A stretch of DNA of 64,000 nt. It comes from Candidatus Poriferisocius sp. (lineage in GTDB: Bacteria; Actinomycetota; Acidimicrobiia; Acidimicrobiales; Bin134). The notes below the pieces were generated by a model, which did no database searches, had not been told where the DNA came from, and saw nothing but the letters and a program-made list of their open reading frames with translations. The DNA lies in NCBI RefSeq assembly GCF_965214065.1, contig NZ_CBDCAT010000026.1, forward strand, positions 248,838 to 312,837, given 5' to 3'. This document shows positions 9,363 to 19,438 of this stretch, one piece after another. Both the position numbers and the translations under genes were made by a program. Positions within the stretch are counted from its first letter, which is position 1, and every line of letters starts with the position of its first letter.

Positions 9363-10163
9363 GTGACGCTGCCCCTCTTTGCAGCCGGGGGCGACCCGGG
9401 CCCCAATTTCGCGGCGTTGCTGCGCTCTGCCGGACTTGCGCCGCCGACGCCCGACATCCCCGCTACCGACTTGGCCATAACCCACGCCACCACGGTGGCC
9501 GCCATTCGCTGCCAGCAGGGAGTGGTAATGGCAGGAGACCGTCGGGCCACCGCTGGACACCTAATCAGCCATCGGACCATCGAGAAGGTGTTCCCCGCCG
9601 ACCGCTACTCCGGGGTGGCTATAGCAGGGGCTGCCGGGCCGGCCATGGAAATGGTGCGGCTGTTCCAATTGCAGCTCGAGCACTACGAGAAAGTGGAGGG
9701 CAAGGCTCTCAGCCTGGACGGCAAGGCCAACCAGCTAGGCATGATGGTTCGAAACAACCTGCCCGCAGCTATGCAGGGGTTTGCGGTGGTCCCGTTGTTC
9801 GCCGGCTATGACCGATCCCGTGAGATCGGTCGGCTGTTCCAATACGACGTGACCGGGGGTCGCTACGAGGAGCGGGAGTATGCGGTGGGAGGTTCAGGGA
9901 GTCTTCACGCGGGAACGGTCATCAAGCTGGGATACCGACCCGATGCCGATGCCGATGAGATGATCGATTTGGCGGTGTCGGCCCTGTTCCGCACGGCTGA
10001 GGAGGACTCTGCCACCGGGGGCCCCGATCTGGTGCGGGGCATCTACCCAGTGGTGGCAGTCATCGGTGCCCAAGGTTTCGAACGAGTGGACGATTCCGAG
10101 GTGGAAGCCCGGTTCCGCGATCTGCTGGACAGATTGGAGACCAGAAGGGGTGATTCTCGATGA
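9363..10163 (+). CDS. prcB: 20S proteasome beta subunit
   Basis: 266 aa with a GTG start. Propeptide followed by H-ATTVAAI (catalytic Thr context) and GDRRATAG. Confidence 0.9.
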   Translation: MTLPLFAAGGDPGPNFAALLRSAGLAPPTPDIPATDLAITHATTVAAIRCQQGVVMAGDRRATAGHLISHRTIEKVFPADRYSGVAIAGAAGPAMEMVRLFQLQLEHYEKVEGKALSLDGKANQLGMMVRNNLPAAMQGFAVVPLFAGYDRSREIGRLFQYDVTGGRYEEREYAVGGSGSLHAGTVIKLGYRPDADADEMIDLAVSALFRTAEEDSATGGPDLVRGIYPVVAVIGAQGFERVDDSEVEARFRDLLDRLETRRGDSR

Positions 10164-10837
10164 CCATGCCCTTCTACGTTGCCCCTGAGCAGCTGATGAA
10201 GGATCGGGCCGACTTCGCCCGCAAGGGAATCGCCCGAGGCCGAGCCCTGACTGCGCTCAGCATCAGCGACGGCATCGTGATCTGCGCGGAGAACCAGTCC
10301 AACACCCTGCGCAAGGTGAGCGAGATCTACGACCGCATCGCCTTCGCCGGCGTCGGCCGCTACAACGAGTTCGATCAGCTCCGCATCGCCGGCGTGCGCC
10401 ACGCCGACCTCAAGGGATACACCTATAGCCGCGAGGACGTGGACGCCCGAAGCCTGGCCAATCAGTACGCCCAGGTGCTGGGTCAGACCTTTACCCACGA
10501 GATGAAGCCGATGGAGGTGGAGATCTTGGTGGCTGAAGTGGAGTCAGAGCCCGGTGGAGATCAGATGTTCCACGTGCTCTACGACGGCACCGTCAACGAT
10601 GAATCCGGCTACACAGTGTTGGGGGGAGAGGCTGACTCCATTGCTGAGCGGCTGGGTCAGACCTACGACGGCGATTGGGAAGTGGGTGATGCGGTAAAGG
10701 CTTCTTCGGCCGCGCTGAGCGGCCAGGAGCGAACCTTGGAAGCTGACGACCTCGAGGTGGCCATTCTGGTGCGGGAAACCGGCCGGAGGGCGTTTCAGAG
10801 GATCGAGGGCGACGAATTGGCCAGGCTATTGGACTGA
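10160..10837 (+). CDS. prcA: 20S proteasome alpha subunit
   Basis: 225 aa. [26 protein letters not shown] is the typical PrcA N-terminus. Overlaps the prcB stop (ATGA). Confidence 0.9.
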   Translation: MTMPFYVAPEQLMKDRADFARKGIARGRALTALSISDGIVICAENQSNTLRKVSEIYDRIAFAGVGRYNEFDQLRIAGVRHADLKGYTYSREDVDARSLANQYAQVLGQTFTHEMKPMEVEILVAEVESEPGGDQMFHVLYDGTVNDESGYTVLGGEADSIAERLGQTYDGDWEVGDAVKASSAALSGQERTLEADDLEVAILVRETGRRAFQRIEGDELARLLD

Positions 10838-12195
10838 TGGACCGGCGCATCTTCGGGATAGAAAATGAATACGGCGTGACCTGCGCGCTTCGGGGCCATC
10901 GCCGGCTCAGCCCCGATGAGGTGGCCCGCTACCTGTTCCGCCGGGTGGTGTCCTGGGGCCGCAGCAGCAACGTGTTCTTGGTCAACGGCGCCCGGCTGTA
11001 CCTCGACGTGGGATCCCACCCCGAGTACGCCACACCGGAGTGCGATTCGGTATACGACCTGGTAGCCCACGACAAGGCCGGCGAGCGGATCCTGGAAACG
11101 CTCATCGAGAGCGCGGAGCTGCGGCTGCGGGAGGAGGGCATCCAGGGCGACATCTACTTGTTCAAGAACAACACCGATTCAGCCGGCAACAGCTATGGCT
11201 GCCACGAGAACTACCTCACGAGCCGGCGCGACGACTTCACCGAGTACACCGAGGTGCTGATCCCCTTCTTGGTCAGCCGCCAGATTTACGCCGGGGCGGG
11301 CAAGGTGCTTCAGACGGCTCGGGGGGCTGCGTACTGCATAAGCCAGCGGGCCGAGCACATCTGGGAGGGAGTATCGAGCGCCACGACCCGCTCCCGTCCG
11401 ATTATCAATACCCGCGACGAGCCTCACGCCGACGCCGAGCGCTATCGGCGGCTTCACGTCATCGTGGGCGACTCCAATATGAGCGAGTACGCCACGTTCC
11501 TGAAGACGGGGGCCACCGGCATTCTGCTGCGGATGCTGGAAGATCCGTCGGTGGCGCTGCGGGACATGACGCTGGACAACCCCATTCGAGCCATTCGGGA
11601 GATCAGCCACGACCAAACCTGCACTCGCCGCATCCGCTTGGCCAGCGGCCGCGAGGTCAGCGCCCTGGACATCCAGTCCGAATACCTCGACCGCGCCCTC
11701 AAATACGCCGACAGCCGCGACCTGAATCCCCAAGATAAGCAGGCCTTGCAAATGTGGGAGCACTGTCTGACCCAAATCGCCAAGGATCCCCTCAACCTGA
11801 GCAGGGAGTGCGACTGGGTGATGAAGCACCACCTCATCGAGGCCTACCGGGAACGCCACGGCCTGGCCCTCAGCGATTCCCGGGTGGCCCTGCTGGACCT
11901 CCAATACCACGATGTGAATCGGTCGCGCAGCCTCTTCTACCGGATGCAGAACCGGGGCATGACCGAGCGTATGTGCGTGGACGCCGAGATCAACCATGCC
12001 GTCGAGAATCCGCCGGCCACTACCCGGGCCCGACTCCGGGGTGAGTTCATCCGGCGAGCCAAAGAGCGCAAACGGGACTACACCGTGGACTGGGTGCACT
12101 TGAAGCTGAACGACCAGGCCCAGCGGACCGTTCTGTGCAAGGACCCGTTCCGCGCCCACGACGAACGGGTCGAGAAACTGATCGAATCCCTGTGA
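10837..12195 (+). CDS. pafA: Pup--protein ligase PafA
   Basis: 452 aa. [49 protein letters not shown] and [16 protein letters not shown] are near-identical to mycobacterial PafA as I remember it. Confidence 0.92.
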   Translation: MDRRIFGIENEYGVTCALRGHRRLSPDEVARYLFRRVVSWGRSSNVFLVNGARLYLDVGSHPEYATPECDSVYDLVAHDKAGERILETLIESAELRLREEGIQGDIYLFKNNTDSAGNSYGCHENYLTSRRDDFTEYTEVLIPFLVSRQIYAGAGKVLQTARGAAYCISQRAEHIWEGVSSATTRSRPIINTRDEPHADAERYRRLHVIVGDSNMSEYATFLKTGATGILLRMLEDPSVALRDMTLDNPIRAIREISHDQTCTRRIRLASGREVSALDIQSEYLDRALKYADSRDLNPQDKQALQMWEHCLTQIAKDPLNLSRECDWVMKHHLIEAYRERHGLALSDSRVALLDLQYHDVNRSRSLFYRMQNRGMTERMCVDAEINHAVENPPATTRARLRGEFIRRAKERKRDYTVDWVHLKLNDQAQRTVLCKDPFRAHDERVEKLIESL

Positions 12196-13151
12196 TGTCC
12201 AGGCGAAAGCCGGAGCAGGTCAGATTGGAGCGCTTGCTTCGGCTCATCGCCGCGTTGATCGACACCCCTCGCTTCCTCTCCATCGAGGAACTGCACCAGA
12301 GGGTGGGCATCTCCCGCGGAGAGGACTCGGCCGGCTATCCAGAGAACAGCTCGGCAGCCAAGCGGGCGTTCCATCGGGATATGAACCAATTGGCCGATGT
12401 CGGCATCCCGGTCATCTCTGGGCCGGTTCCCGGCCAGGAGCGGGAGACCTGGGGGTACCGCATCCGCAAGCAGGACTACTCCTTGCCGGAGATGGACTTC
12501 GAGGCCGATGAGCTGGCCGCCCTGCATCGGGCAGCCACCGCGGTCCGCTTCGACGGGGTCTCGGGATCGGAGGCGCTGTGGAAGCTGGGCGGCCGGGTAG
12601 GGGAGGGTACCGATGCCGAGCTGGCCGCGGTGCCCGTCCATCCCGCTCTGGCGGACATCTTTCAGGCGATTACCGAGCAGCGGGTGGCCAGCTTCGCCTA
12701 CGGCGGTCAACACCGCGAGGTGGAGCCGTGGACCCTGGCCTTCGATCAAGGCCACTGGTACGTGATGGGCCATGATCGGGGTCGGGACGACAAGCGCACC
12801 TTCCGGGTAGACCGAATCGAAGGCGAAGTCGAACTGGGCTCCCCCGGCGGCTTCCAGCAGCCAGAGGGCACCGCCGGTTGGGTGTCGTTTCAGCCGTGGA
12901 AGTTTGGAACTGCCCCGGCGGTCACCGCCACGCTAAAGGTTGACCCCGATCAGGCGATGTGGGCGGCGCGGCGTCTCGGACAAGAGGCCTCGGAGAAGGA
13001 TTCCGACGGTTCGGCGATATTTGAGGTGGTGGTCCGCAGTCCAGAGGCCTTTCGGTCGCTGGTCTTGGAGTTTCTGGAGCATGCCGAAATTCTCGGTCCC
13101 CCCGAACTGCGCGCCGACATGGTGGCCTGGCTTGAGGGGATCAGCCAATGA
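12195..13151 (+). CDS. pafB: WYL-domain transcriptional regulator PafB
   Basis: Internal ATG overlapping the pafA stop (TGATG). HTH N-terminus (LERLLRLIAALI) and a WYL-type core (HWYVMGHDRGRDDKRTFRVDRI). Position directly after pafA. Confidence 0.75.
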   Translation: MSRRKPEQVRLERLLRLIAALIDTPRFLSIEELHQRVGISRGEDSAGYPENSSAAKRAFHRDMNQLADVGIPVISGPVPGQERETWGYRIRKQDYSLPEMDFEADELAALHRAATAVRFDGVSGSEALWKLGGRVGEGTDAELAAVPVHPALADIFQAITEQRVASFAYGGQHREVEPWTLAFDQGHWYVMGHDRGRDDKRTFRVDRIEGEVELGSPGGFQQPEGTAGWVSFQPWKFGTAPAVTATLKVDPDQAMWAARRLGQEASEKDSDGSAIFEVVVRSPEAFRSLVLEFLEHAEILGPPELRADMVAWLEGISQ

Positions 13152-14104
13152 GCCGGCTGAGCGCAGGGGATCGGCTTCGGCGAATGCTGGAGTTGGTTCC
13201 CTGGATCATGTCCCAAGGCGGTGCCGAGCTGAGTGAGGTATCCCAGCGATTCGACTATCCCGAGGCGGAATTACGAGAGGACCTCGTGAAGGTGCTGTTC
13301 GTCGTGGGGCTGCATCCCTTCACTCCAGATGAGCTGATCTACGTGATGGGCTTGGACGAAGAGGAAAACGGTGGATGGGTGGCCATCAGCAACGCGGATT
13401 ACTTCTCCCGCCCGCTCAGGCTCACCCATGGGCAGGCCTTGGGATTGATTGGCGCCGGGGAGGCTCTGCTGACCGGAGCTGATCCCGACGGCCCGCTGAG
13501 CCGGGGATTGGCCAAACTGGCCGACGGACTAGGAGTGAGCGTGGGGGAGGACTTGGCGGTGAGCCTGGGAGAGTCGGCAGACGAATGGGTTGAACCGCTG
13601 CTGGAAGCAGCCATCGGACACCGCCAAGTGCGGATCCGATACTTCAGCTACGGAAGAGGCCAGGAATCCGAGCGCGTCATTCATCCTCTTCGGGTGTTCT
13701 CGGAGCTGGGAAACTGGTATGTGCAGGGCCATTGCCAGCAGGCCGGTGGTGTACGAGTCTTCCGCATCGATCGGATCAGATCTCTCCAAATGCTGGAGAC
13801 GCCTTTTGAACCGCCTGATGAGGCGGGTACACCGTCGGCTTTTGAAGCTCGGGAGGGCGATCCCCGGGTTGTGCTGCGGCTGGCTCCGGGCACCTCCTGG
13901 GCCATCGAAAAATATCCGACCGACAAGCAGACAGCTCTCGACAGCGGCGAGATCGAGGCCACCCTGCCAGTAAGCGAGATCGGCCGGTTGGAACGGCTGC
14001 TTCTCCAACTCGGCACTCAGGCCGAGCTGTGGCATGCCGACCCTCCGGTGGCCAACGACCAGGCACAGGTCGCCGCTCAGCGGGTTCTGGCCCGATACGA
14101 GTAG
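13148..14104 (+). CDS. pafC: WYL-domain transcriptional regulator PafC
   Basis: 318 aa. RLRRMLELVPWI HTH and NWYVQGHCQQAGGVRVFRIDRI WYL core. Overlaps the pafB stop (ATGA). Confidence 0.75.
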   Translation: MSRLSAGDRLRRMLELVPWIMSQGGAELSEVSQRFDYPEAELREDLVKVLFVVGLHPFTPDELIYVMGLDEEENGGWVAISNADYFSRPLRLTHGQALGLIGAGEALLTGADPDGPLSRGLAKLADGLGVSVGEDLAVSLGESADEWVEPLLEAAIGHRQVRIRYFSYGRGQESERVIHPLRVFSELGNWYVQGHCQQAGGVRVFRIDRIRSLQMLETPFEPPDEAGTPSAFEAREGDPRVVLRLAPGTSWAIEKYPTDKQTALDSGEIEATLPVSEIGRLERLLLQLGTQAELWHADPPVANDQAQVAAQRVLARYE

Positions 14105-14118
14105 AGGGCTTTCGCATC

Positions 14119-14775
14119 ATGAGCGACGAGTCAAAGCCCGCGTCGAAAGAGGCGGTTTCGCCAAGCGGTGTCGCAGACTCCTCTGAGGAAACCGGAGGCG
14201 CCTCAGAGGCCAAGTCGGGCAAGACCGGACTGCGGGTCACTATTGAGTGGGTGGCCGTTTTAGCCGGAGCACTGGCTTTGGCCTTGATATTGCGGGCAGT
14301 GCTCTTTCAGGCGTATTACATCCGCTTCACTTCCATGGAGCCCACCTTGAGCAACGGCGACCGGGTGTTGGTGAACAAGCTGGGCTATGACCTCCATGAC
14401 ATCAACCGAGGCGACCTTGTGGTGTTCGAGCGGCCGCAGGGAGTGGGCGGCCGGCAAACCGATGACCTCATCAAACGGGTCATCGCCCTCCCCGGCGAGG
14501 TCATCAGATTCGTCGAAGGGGAGGTGTACATAGACGGCCGGCGTCTCCACGAGCCCTATCTGGAGTCATCCGGCATCACCGCGGGCAATATGCCCCCCAA
14601 ATGCACCCCCCTCGTGAATGAAGGCTGCCTGGTGAGGGCGGGAGAGGTGTTCGTCATGGGCGACAACCGGGCTAATTCCACCGACAGCCGGTCGTTCGGT
14701 CCCATCTCTGAGCATCTGATAGTGGGACACGCCTTCCTGCGCATCTGGCCGGTCACCGAGTTCGGCCGGCTCTAG
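14119..14775 (+). CDS. lepB: signal peptidase I
   Basis: Internal ATG of track ORF 14029..14775. TM anchor, catalytic boxes SMEPTL, RGDLVVF and GDNRANSTDSR. Confidence 0.85.
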   Translation: MSDESKPASKEAVSPSGVADSSEETGGASEAKSGKTGLRVTIEWVAVLAGALALALILRAVLFQAYYIRFTSMEPTLSNGDRVLVNKLGYDLHDINRGDLVVFERPQGVGGRQTDDLIKRVIALPGEVIRFVEGEVYIDGRRLHEPYLESSGITAGNMPPKCTPLVNEGCLVRAGEVFVMGDNRANSTDSRSFGPISEHLIVGHAFLRIWPVTEFGRL

Positions 14776-14804
14776 CCTGCTAGCCGGCGAAGATCGCCGC
14801 GGTT

Positions 14805-15674
14805 TCAGCGGTCAAAGTGGTCGTGGCCGTAACCGTGATCGTGGCCGTGACCGTGATCGTTGAAGACGTGGAGGATCCCGTCCTCGTGACTGTCGTGCTC
14901 TCCGTGAAAGACACAGTCTTCTTCATCGCCGTGAGCCATGCGGAGGCCGAAGGCTTCTTGCAAGTTCTTGTTGGTTAGTGCTTCGCTGGGTGTTCCCACG
15001 GCGATCATCCGATTGGCCAGGAGAAGAACCTGGTCGCAGAGCTCAGCCTCGTCCATGTGATGGGTGGAGATGACCACGATCCGGCCCCGCCTGCGCTCAT
15101 CATCAACGGTTCGAATGATCACCTCCTGGCTAGGCATGTCCAGGCCGGTAATAGGCTCGTCCATCAAGAGCACGTCGGCGTCGTGGGCTAAGGCCTGGGC
15201 TACCATCACCCGCTGGCGTTGACCCCCCGATAGCTCTCCGAACTGGCGATTCACCAGGTCGAGTACCTCCATGCGCTCGGCCGCGTCCTCAATGATGATC
15301 CGATCCGCAGGGCCAAAACGCTTGATTAGGCCTCGGTTGCGGAAGCGGGACATACGCAGCACGTCGGACACCGTCAACGGCATCCACGCTCGTAGCCCAT
15401 GCTGCTGGGGAACCAATGCGACCGATTTCCTTGAAGGGCTTGGATTGATCGTTCCACTCGACGGCTGGGTGAGGCCAGCGACAAGATGCAACACGGTCGT
15501 TTTTCCCGAGCCGTTGGCGCCGACTAAGGCTGTGGAAGTCCCGTGCTCGAACCGGCAGGTGACTTCCCGCACCGCTATGTGGCCGTTGCCGAACGTTGCA
15601 ACGACATTGTCAAAGTCGATGGGTTTACGGTTGTGAGTTACCAGTTCCCTGAGGAAGGCGGCACGCTCGCTCAT
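14805..15674 (-). CDS. metal-type (ZnuC/MntA-like) ABC transporter ATP-binding protein with His-rich C-terminal tail
   Basis: Walker A GANGSGKTT, signature LSGGQRQR, Walker B LLMDEP. The last 45 residues contain 11 His (..NDHGHGHDHGYGHDHFDR). No permease or binding protein adjacent. Confidence 0.8.
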   Translation of the reverse strand: MSERAAFLRELVTHNRKPIDFDNVVATFGNGHIAVREVTCRFEHGTSTALVGANGSGKTTVLHLVAGLTQPSSGTINPSPSRKSVALVPQQHGLRAWMPLTVSDVLRMSRFRNRGLIKRFGPADRIIIEDAAERMEVLDLVNRQFGELSGGQRQRVMVAQALAHDADVLLMDEPITGLDMPSQEVIIRTVDDERRRGRIVVISTHHMDEAELCDQVLLLANRMIAVGTPSEALTNKNLQEAFGLRMAHGDEEDCVFHGEHDSHEDGILHVFNDHGHGHDHGYGHDHFDR

Positions 15675-16417
15675 CGCTCGTCAGGGTACCAGTTGGCAAG
15701 CGCTGCTCCCATGCGGTCGACGTGGTCGCTGTAAACCGCGTCGATGCCCATGTCCAGCAGTTCGTCGAGCACCCGGGGCTGCTGCGCATCCCAACCGAAG
15801 CACAGCACCCCGAATCGGTGGAACAAAGTGACCAGGCCGCCGGTCCAGTCGGTTTGGTGGAGGTTTACCGAGTCGATGCCGGCCTCAGCCAGCACGGCGG
15901 CCCGCCGCTCGGGGCCGTCGGCCATGCGGCTCAGCCGGGTGGAATTGCACAAGCGCACATCGGGCCACCGATCCCGAAGCTCGACCAGGGTGTCCACATC
16001 GGGGTGGCACAACCACAGCCGTTGGCGGAGCGTACGCCCGGTGCTAGCCGCGGCCCCGTCCACGGCCGCGATCACCGCGGGGGCGGCATCGGGATCTTTA
16101 AGGTCGAGCGACAGCTCGAAATCGGCGCCACAGGCGGCGTACAGATCGGCCAGGGTGGGTATGTGCTCGGGCAGTTCGTCGCGGCGGCAGTCAAAGATGG
16201 GGCGCCGCCGTCTCAGCCGACCCGAGCGCACCCATCCGTCGTGGTCCAGCACCGCGTGGTTGTCGGCAGTCATCCACACGTCGCTCTCCAGGCCGACAGC
16301 CCCCATCTCCAGCGCCAAGGAGAACGCCGCCAACGTGTTCTCGCGCTCTTGGGCTCGGGCCCCCCGATGGGCAAACCCGATCGGGGGCAAATGAAGGGGG
16401 GAGATCCGGGGAGCCAT
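15671..16417 (-). CDS. glycerophosphodiester phosphodiesterase family protein
   Basis: Internal ATG (MAPRISPL..) of track ORF 15671..16618. GDPD motifs FAHRGA, ENTLAAF and LESDVWMTADNHAVLDHD. Its stop overlaps the ABC start. Confidence 0.75.
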   Translation of the reverse strand: MAPRISPLHLPPIGFAHRGARAQERENTLAAFSLALEMGAVGLESDVWMTADNHAVLDHDGWVRSGRLRRRRPIFDCRRDELPEHIPTLADLYAACGADFELSLDLKDPDAAPAVIAAVDGAAASTGRTLRQRLWLCHPDVDTLVELRDRWPDVRLCNSTRLSRMADGPERRAAVLAEAGIDSVNLHQTDWTGGLVTLFHRFGVLCFGWDAQQPRVLDELLDMGIDAVYSDHVDRMGAALANWYPDER

Positions 16418-16487
16418 CGGTTCATCTTGTGCTGCTGACAGGAGATCGAACAACCCCACTGGGGAATAGGAGCGATAGCCTCGGAGC

Positions 16488-16754
16488 GTGGGAAACCTCG
16501 GATGGGCCGAAGTCGCCGTGATCGTGGTGGTAGCCCTGGTGGTTCTGGGGCCGGACAAACTGCCGGGAGCGGCCCGCCAGATCGGCAACGTCATCCGCCA
16601 ATTCCGCCGGATCTCCACCGGATTTCAGCAGGAACTGCAAAACGCCCTGGACGAGCCCATCGAGGCTGAAGCTCGGCGTCGAGGAGAACTGGCCGTGGAG
16701 CAGAGCAAATCGGCAAACAAACCGGCCCCCGACCCACCGCCGAGCAGCCAGTGA
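16488..16754 (+). CDS. tatA: twin-arginine translocase TatA/TatB-family subunit
   Basis: 88 aa with a GTG start. N-terminal TM plus hinge (VIVVVALVVLGPDKLP) followed by an amphipathic helix. Confidence 0.8.
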   Translation: MGNLGWAEVAVIVVVALVVLGPDKLPGAARQIGNVIRQFRRISTGFQQELQNALDEPIEAEARRRGELAVEQSKSANKPAPDPPPSSQ

Positions 16755-17602
16755 GCGAATCCACCGCGGGCCGCTCCCGATCCGACGACGGGACCATGCC
16801 CTTGATGGGACATTTGGCCGAGCTGCGAGTGCGGCTCATCAAATGCGTCTTGGCCGTGGTGGCCGGCGCGGTGGTTTGCTGGGTGTTCTACCCCCAGATA
16901 CTGGACCGGCTGGTCCAGCCCTACTGCGACGTGATCCCCGAAGAAGCGGTGGATGAAGAGGCGGCGAGGCAGAACCTGTTCGGAGGATGCGAGCTTCTCG
17001 TGCTGGACCCGCTGGAGCCGTTCTCGGTGCGACTGACAGTGGCGGGCTACGGAGGGTTGACCCTGGCGGTTCCGGTGGTGCTTTGGCAGGTGTGGAGGTT
17101 TGTCCAGCCTGGCCTCTACCCCCGAGAACGACGACACGCAGCCGCTTTCACAGCGGCCGGGGCCCTGCTGTTCACCCTGGGGGCCGGCCTGGCCTATTGG
17201 AGCATCCCCCGGGCGCTGAACTTCTTGGCCTCAATCGGGGGCGAGGACTTGGTGACCGGATTCTCCCCCGCCAAGTACCTGTCGTTCGTGATCAAGATGA
17301 TGGCTGCATTCGGCATAGGCTTTGAATTCCCCATTCTGCTGGTGTTCTTGCAGCTCGCCGGGATCATCCACTACCGCCAGCTGATCCGGGGGCGGCGATT
17401 CGCCATTGTCGGCATCGTGGCCCTAGTTGCGGTGATCACCCCCAGCGGTGATCCATTCACGCTGATGGTGCTATCGGTGCCCATGTACTTGTTCTACGAG
17501 GTGGCCATTGTCATCGGATGGATGCGAGCCCGCCGAGAACGCCGCCGAGCCGTTGAAGGAGATGAGGACCCAGAGGAAGCCGATGCCGATTCAGAGGGGT
17601 GA
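16751..17602 (+). CDS. tatC: twin-arginine translocase subunit TatC
   Basis: 283 aa. MPLMGHLAELRVRLIK start and a six-TM profile. Overlaps the tatA stop. Confidence 0.9.
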   Translation: MSESTAGRSRSDDGTMPLMGHLAELRVRLIKCVLAVVAGAVVCWVFYPQILDRLVQPYCDVIPEEAVDEEAARQNLFGGCELLVLDPLEPFSVRLTVAGYGGLTLAVPVVLWQVWRFVQPGLYPRERRHAAAFTAAGALLFTLGAGLAYWSIPRALNFLASIGGEDLVTGFSPAKYLSFVIKMMAAFGIGFEFPILLVFLQLAGIIHYRQLIRGRRFAIVGIVALVAVITPSGDPFTLMVLSVPMYLFYEVAIVIGWMRARRERRRAVEGDEDPEEADADSEG

Positions 17603-17612
17603 GAACTGGGGG

Positions 17613-18194
17613 ATGCCAGGAGGACTGGGGCCGGATGGCGTGCTGGTTCGCACCGACGCCGAGGCCCGGGCCCTGATCGAAGAAGCTCGACGGGCCAACC
17701 TGCCACTGCCCGAGCTGGGCTTGCTGGGAGGCGACCTGTGCCGCACTCTCGGCGGCAGAGGCGACCCCGACGCCATCCGCTCGCCGGAAGCGTGGCGGTT
17801 CGCGGTGGATGTCGGCGCCGTACTCCTGGACGGCCGGCTGTTCTGGTTCAGCGCCCACCTGACGGCTCGACGAAGAGGGTGGGCCGGGGAGGCGCTGGTG
17901 GCCATGAACGCCGCCTGGCGGGGGGGCTGGAATCTGGGTCCCAAGGCCCATCCCGGCGATGGGCTGCTGGACGTCTCCCACGGCCGGCTGTCGGTCGGAG
18001 ACCGGCTGCGAGCCCGGCGCCGGGTCGGCACCGGAGACCATCTGCCCCATCCCAATATCCGGTACCAACGCGCTGGTGCCTTCCAGACGGTGCTTGAGCA
18101 GCCGCTGATGGTGGAGTTGGACGGCCAGCCGGTTCAGCGAGCCGCCAATTTGTCGATTCGAGTGGAGCCGGCCGCGCTCACCGTGGTGGTGTGA
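17613..18194 (+). CDS. hypothetical protein, degenerate diacylglycerol/lipid-kinase-like
   Basis: Internal ATG after the tatC stop. The C-terminal half resembles the lipid-kinase accessory domain (HPGDGLLDV ... ELDGQPV). The GGDGT box is degenerate (LLGGDLCRTLGG). Confidence 0.35.
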   Translation: MPGGLGPDGVLVRTDAEARALIEEARRANLPLPELGLLGGDLCRTLGGRGDPDAIRSPEAWRFAVDVGAVLLDGRLFWFSAHLTARRRGWAGEALVAMNAAWRGGWNLGPKAHPGDGLLDVSHGRLSVGDRLRARRRVGTGDHLPHPNIRYQRAGAFQTVLEQPLMVELDGQPVQRAANLSIRVEPAALTVVV

Positions 18195-19438
18195 AGCGCT
18201 GGTATCGCCGGGCTCGAAGAATCACTACGGTCGTCAATGCGACCACTAGCATTCGCCCCGTGACTCCCGAACTGGCCAAGCAGCAGATGGCCGCGGAGGT
18301 CGACGCGCGGGCGGCTCGTCTGCTCGGCGTCTCTCACCAGATCCACGAGACCCCTGAACTCTGCTTTGAGGAGCACACCGCCCACGATCTGCTCTGCACT
18401 GTCCTGGAGGGCGAAGGACTCGAAGTAGAGCGTTCGGCATTCGACCTGGACACGGCGTTCGTGGCCAGAGCCGGCCGGGCTGGCCCCCACGTTGCAGTGA
18501 TCTGCGAATACGACGCTTTGCCCGAGATCGGACACGCCTGCGGCCACAACGTGATCGCGTCCGCAGGACTGGGCGCGGGCTTGGCCGCGGCAGCGCTTGC
18601 CGAGGAGCTGGGGGGCCGTATCAGCATAATCGGCACCCCTGCGGAGGAGGGCGGCGGGGGCAAGTGTTATCTGCTGGAGCGGGGCGCCTTCGACGGCATC
18701 AGAGCAGCCATGATGGTTCACCCCGCCAACCACGAGCTCATGCGGATGAACGCCATTGCGGTGGAGCAGCTTGAAGTGGCTTACGCGGGGAAGTCAGCCC
18801 ACGCTTCAGCCTCGCCTCACCGAGGAAGAAATGCCCTCGACGGTGCTGTGTTGGGGTACATGAATGTGGCTGCGCTACGCCAGCACATTCGACCCGATGA
18901 GCGTATCCACGGGATTTTCACCCGGGCTGGGGACAAGCCCAACATCGTTCCTCATGATGCCGCGGCGGAATGGTACGTTCGCTCTCCCAGGCTCGACAGT
19001 CTGGCGGAGCTGAGAGAACGGGTGGTGGCTTGCCTCGAAGCCGGGGCGGCGGCGGCCGGAGTCGACATCGATTGTCGCAGCGAAGCGCCGATCTACGCCA
19101 ACCTGATCGACAACCAGGTGTTGTTGGACCTCTATATTCACAACGCGGCCGAGACAGGGCGGGTTGTCCACGAGCCCGAGTCCGCAGCAGCCGTTGTGGG
19201 CAGCACCGACATGGGAAACGTCAGCCACGTTGTGCCGTCAATCCATCCCATGATCAAGATCGCCCCCGAGCATGTGCCCATCCACACCCCGGAGTTCGCC
19301 CACTATGCGAAATCGCCGGACGGCGACCAGGCGGTGCTCGACGGGGCGAAGATGATGGCCATGACAGTCGCCGATCTGTGGCTGAACCCCGAAGCCCTCG
19401 ACCTGGCTCATGATGAACTGGCCCTCAGCCGCCAATGA
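18191..19438 (+). CDS. M20-family amidohydrolase/metallopeptidase
   Basis: 415 aa. HACGHNVIA metal-binding motif and GTPAEEGGGGK. The start is uncertain. Confidence 0.75.
   Translation: MKRWYRRARRITTVVNATTSIRPVTPELAKQQMAAEVDARAARLLGVSHQIHETPELCFEEHTAHDLLCTVLEGEGLEVERSAFDLDTAFVARAGRAGPHVAVICEYDALPEIGHACGHNVIASAGLGAGLAAAALAEELGGRISIIGTPAEEGGGGKCYLLERGAFDGIRAAMMVHPANHELMRMNAIAVEQLEVAYAGKSAHASASPHRGRNALDGAVLGYMNVAALRQHIRPDERIHGIFTRAGDKPNIVPHDAAAEWYVRSPRLDSLAELRERVVACLEAGAAAAGVDIDCRSEAPIYANLIDNQVLLDLYIHNAAETGRVVHEPESAAAVVGSTDMGNVSHVVPSIHPMIKIAPEHVPIHTPEFAHYAKSPDGDQAVLDGAKMMAMTVADLWLNPEALDLAHDELALSRQ

Noticed and set aside
14776-14804. Weak GGCGA-AGA-TCGCC hairpin between the convergent lepB and ABC genes, as a terminator
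   Set aside because: It has only a 5-bp stem and no U-tract, which is too weak to call.
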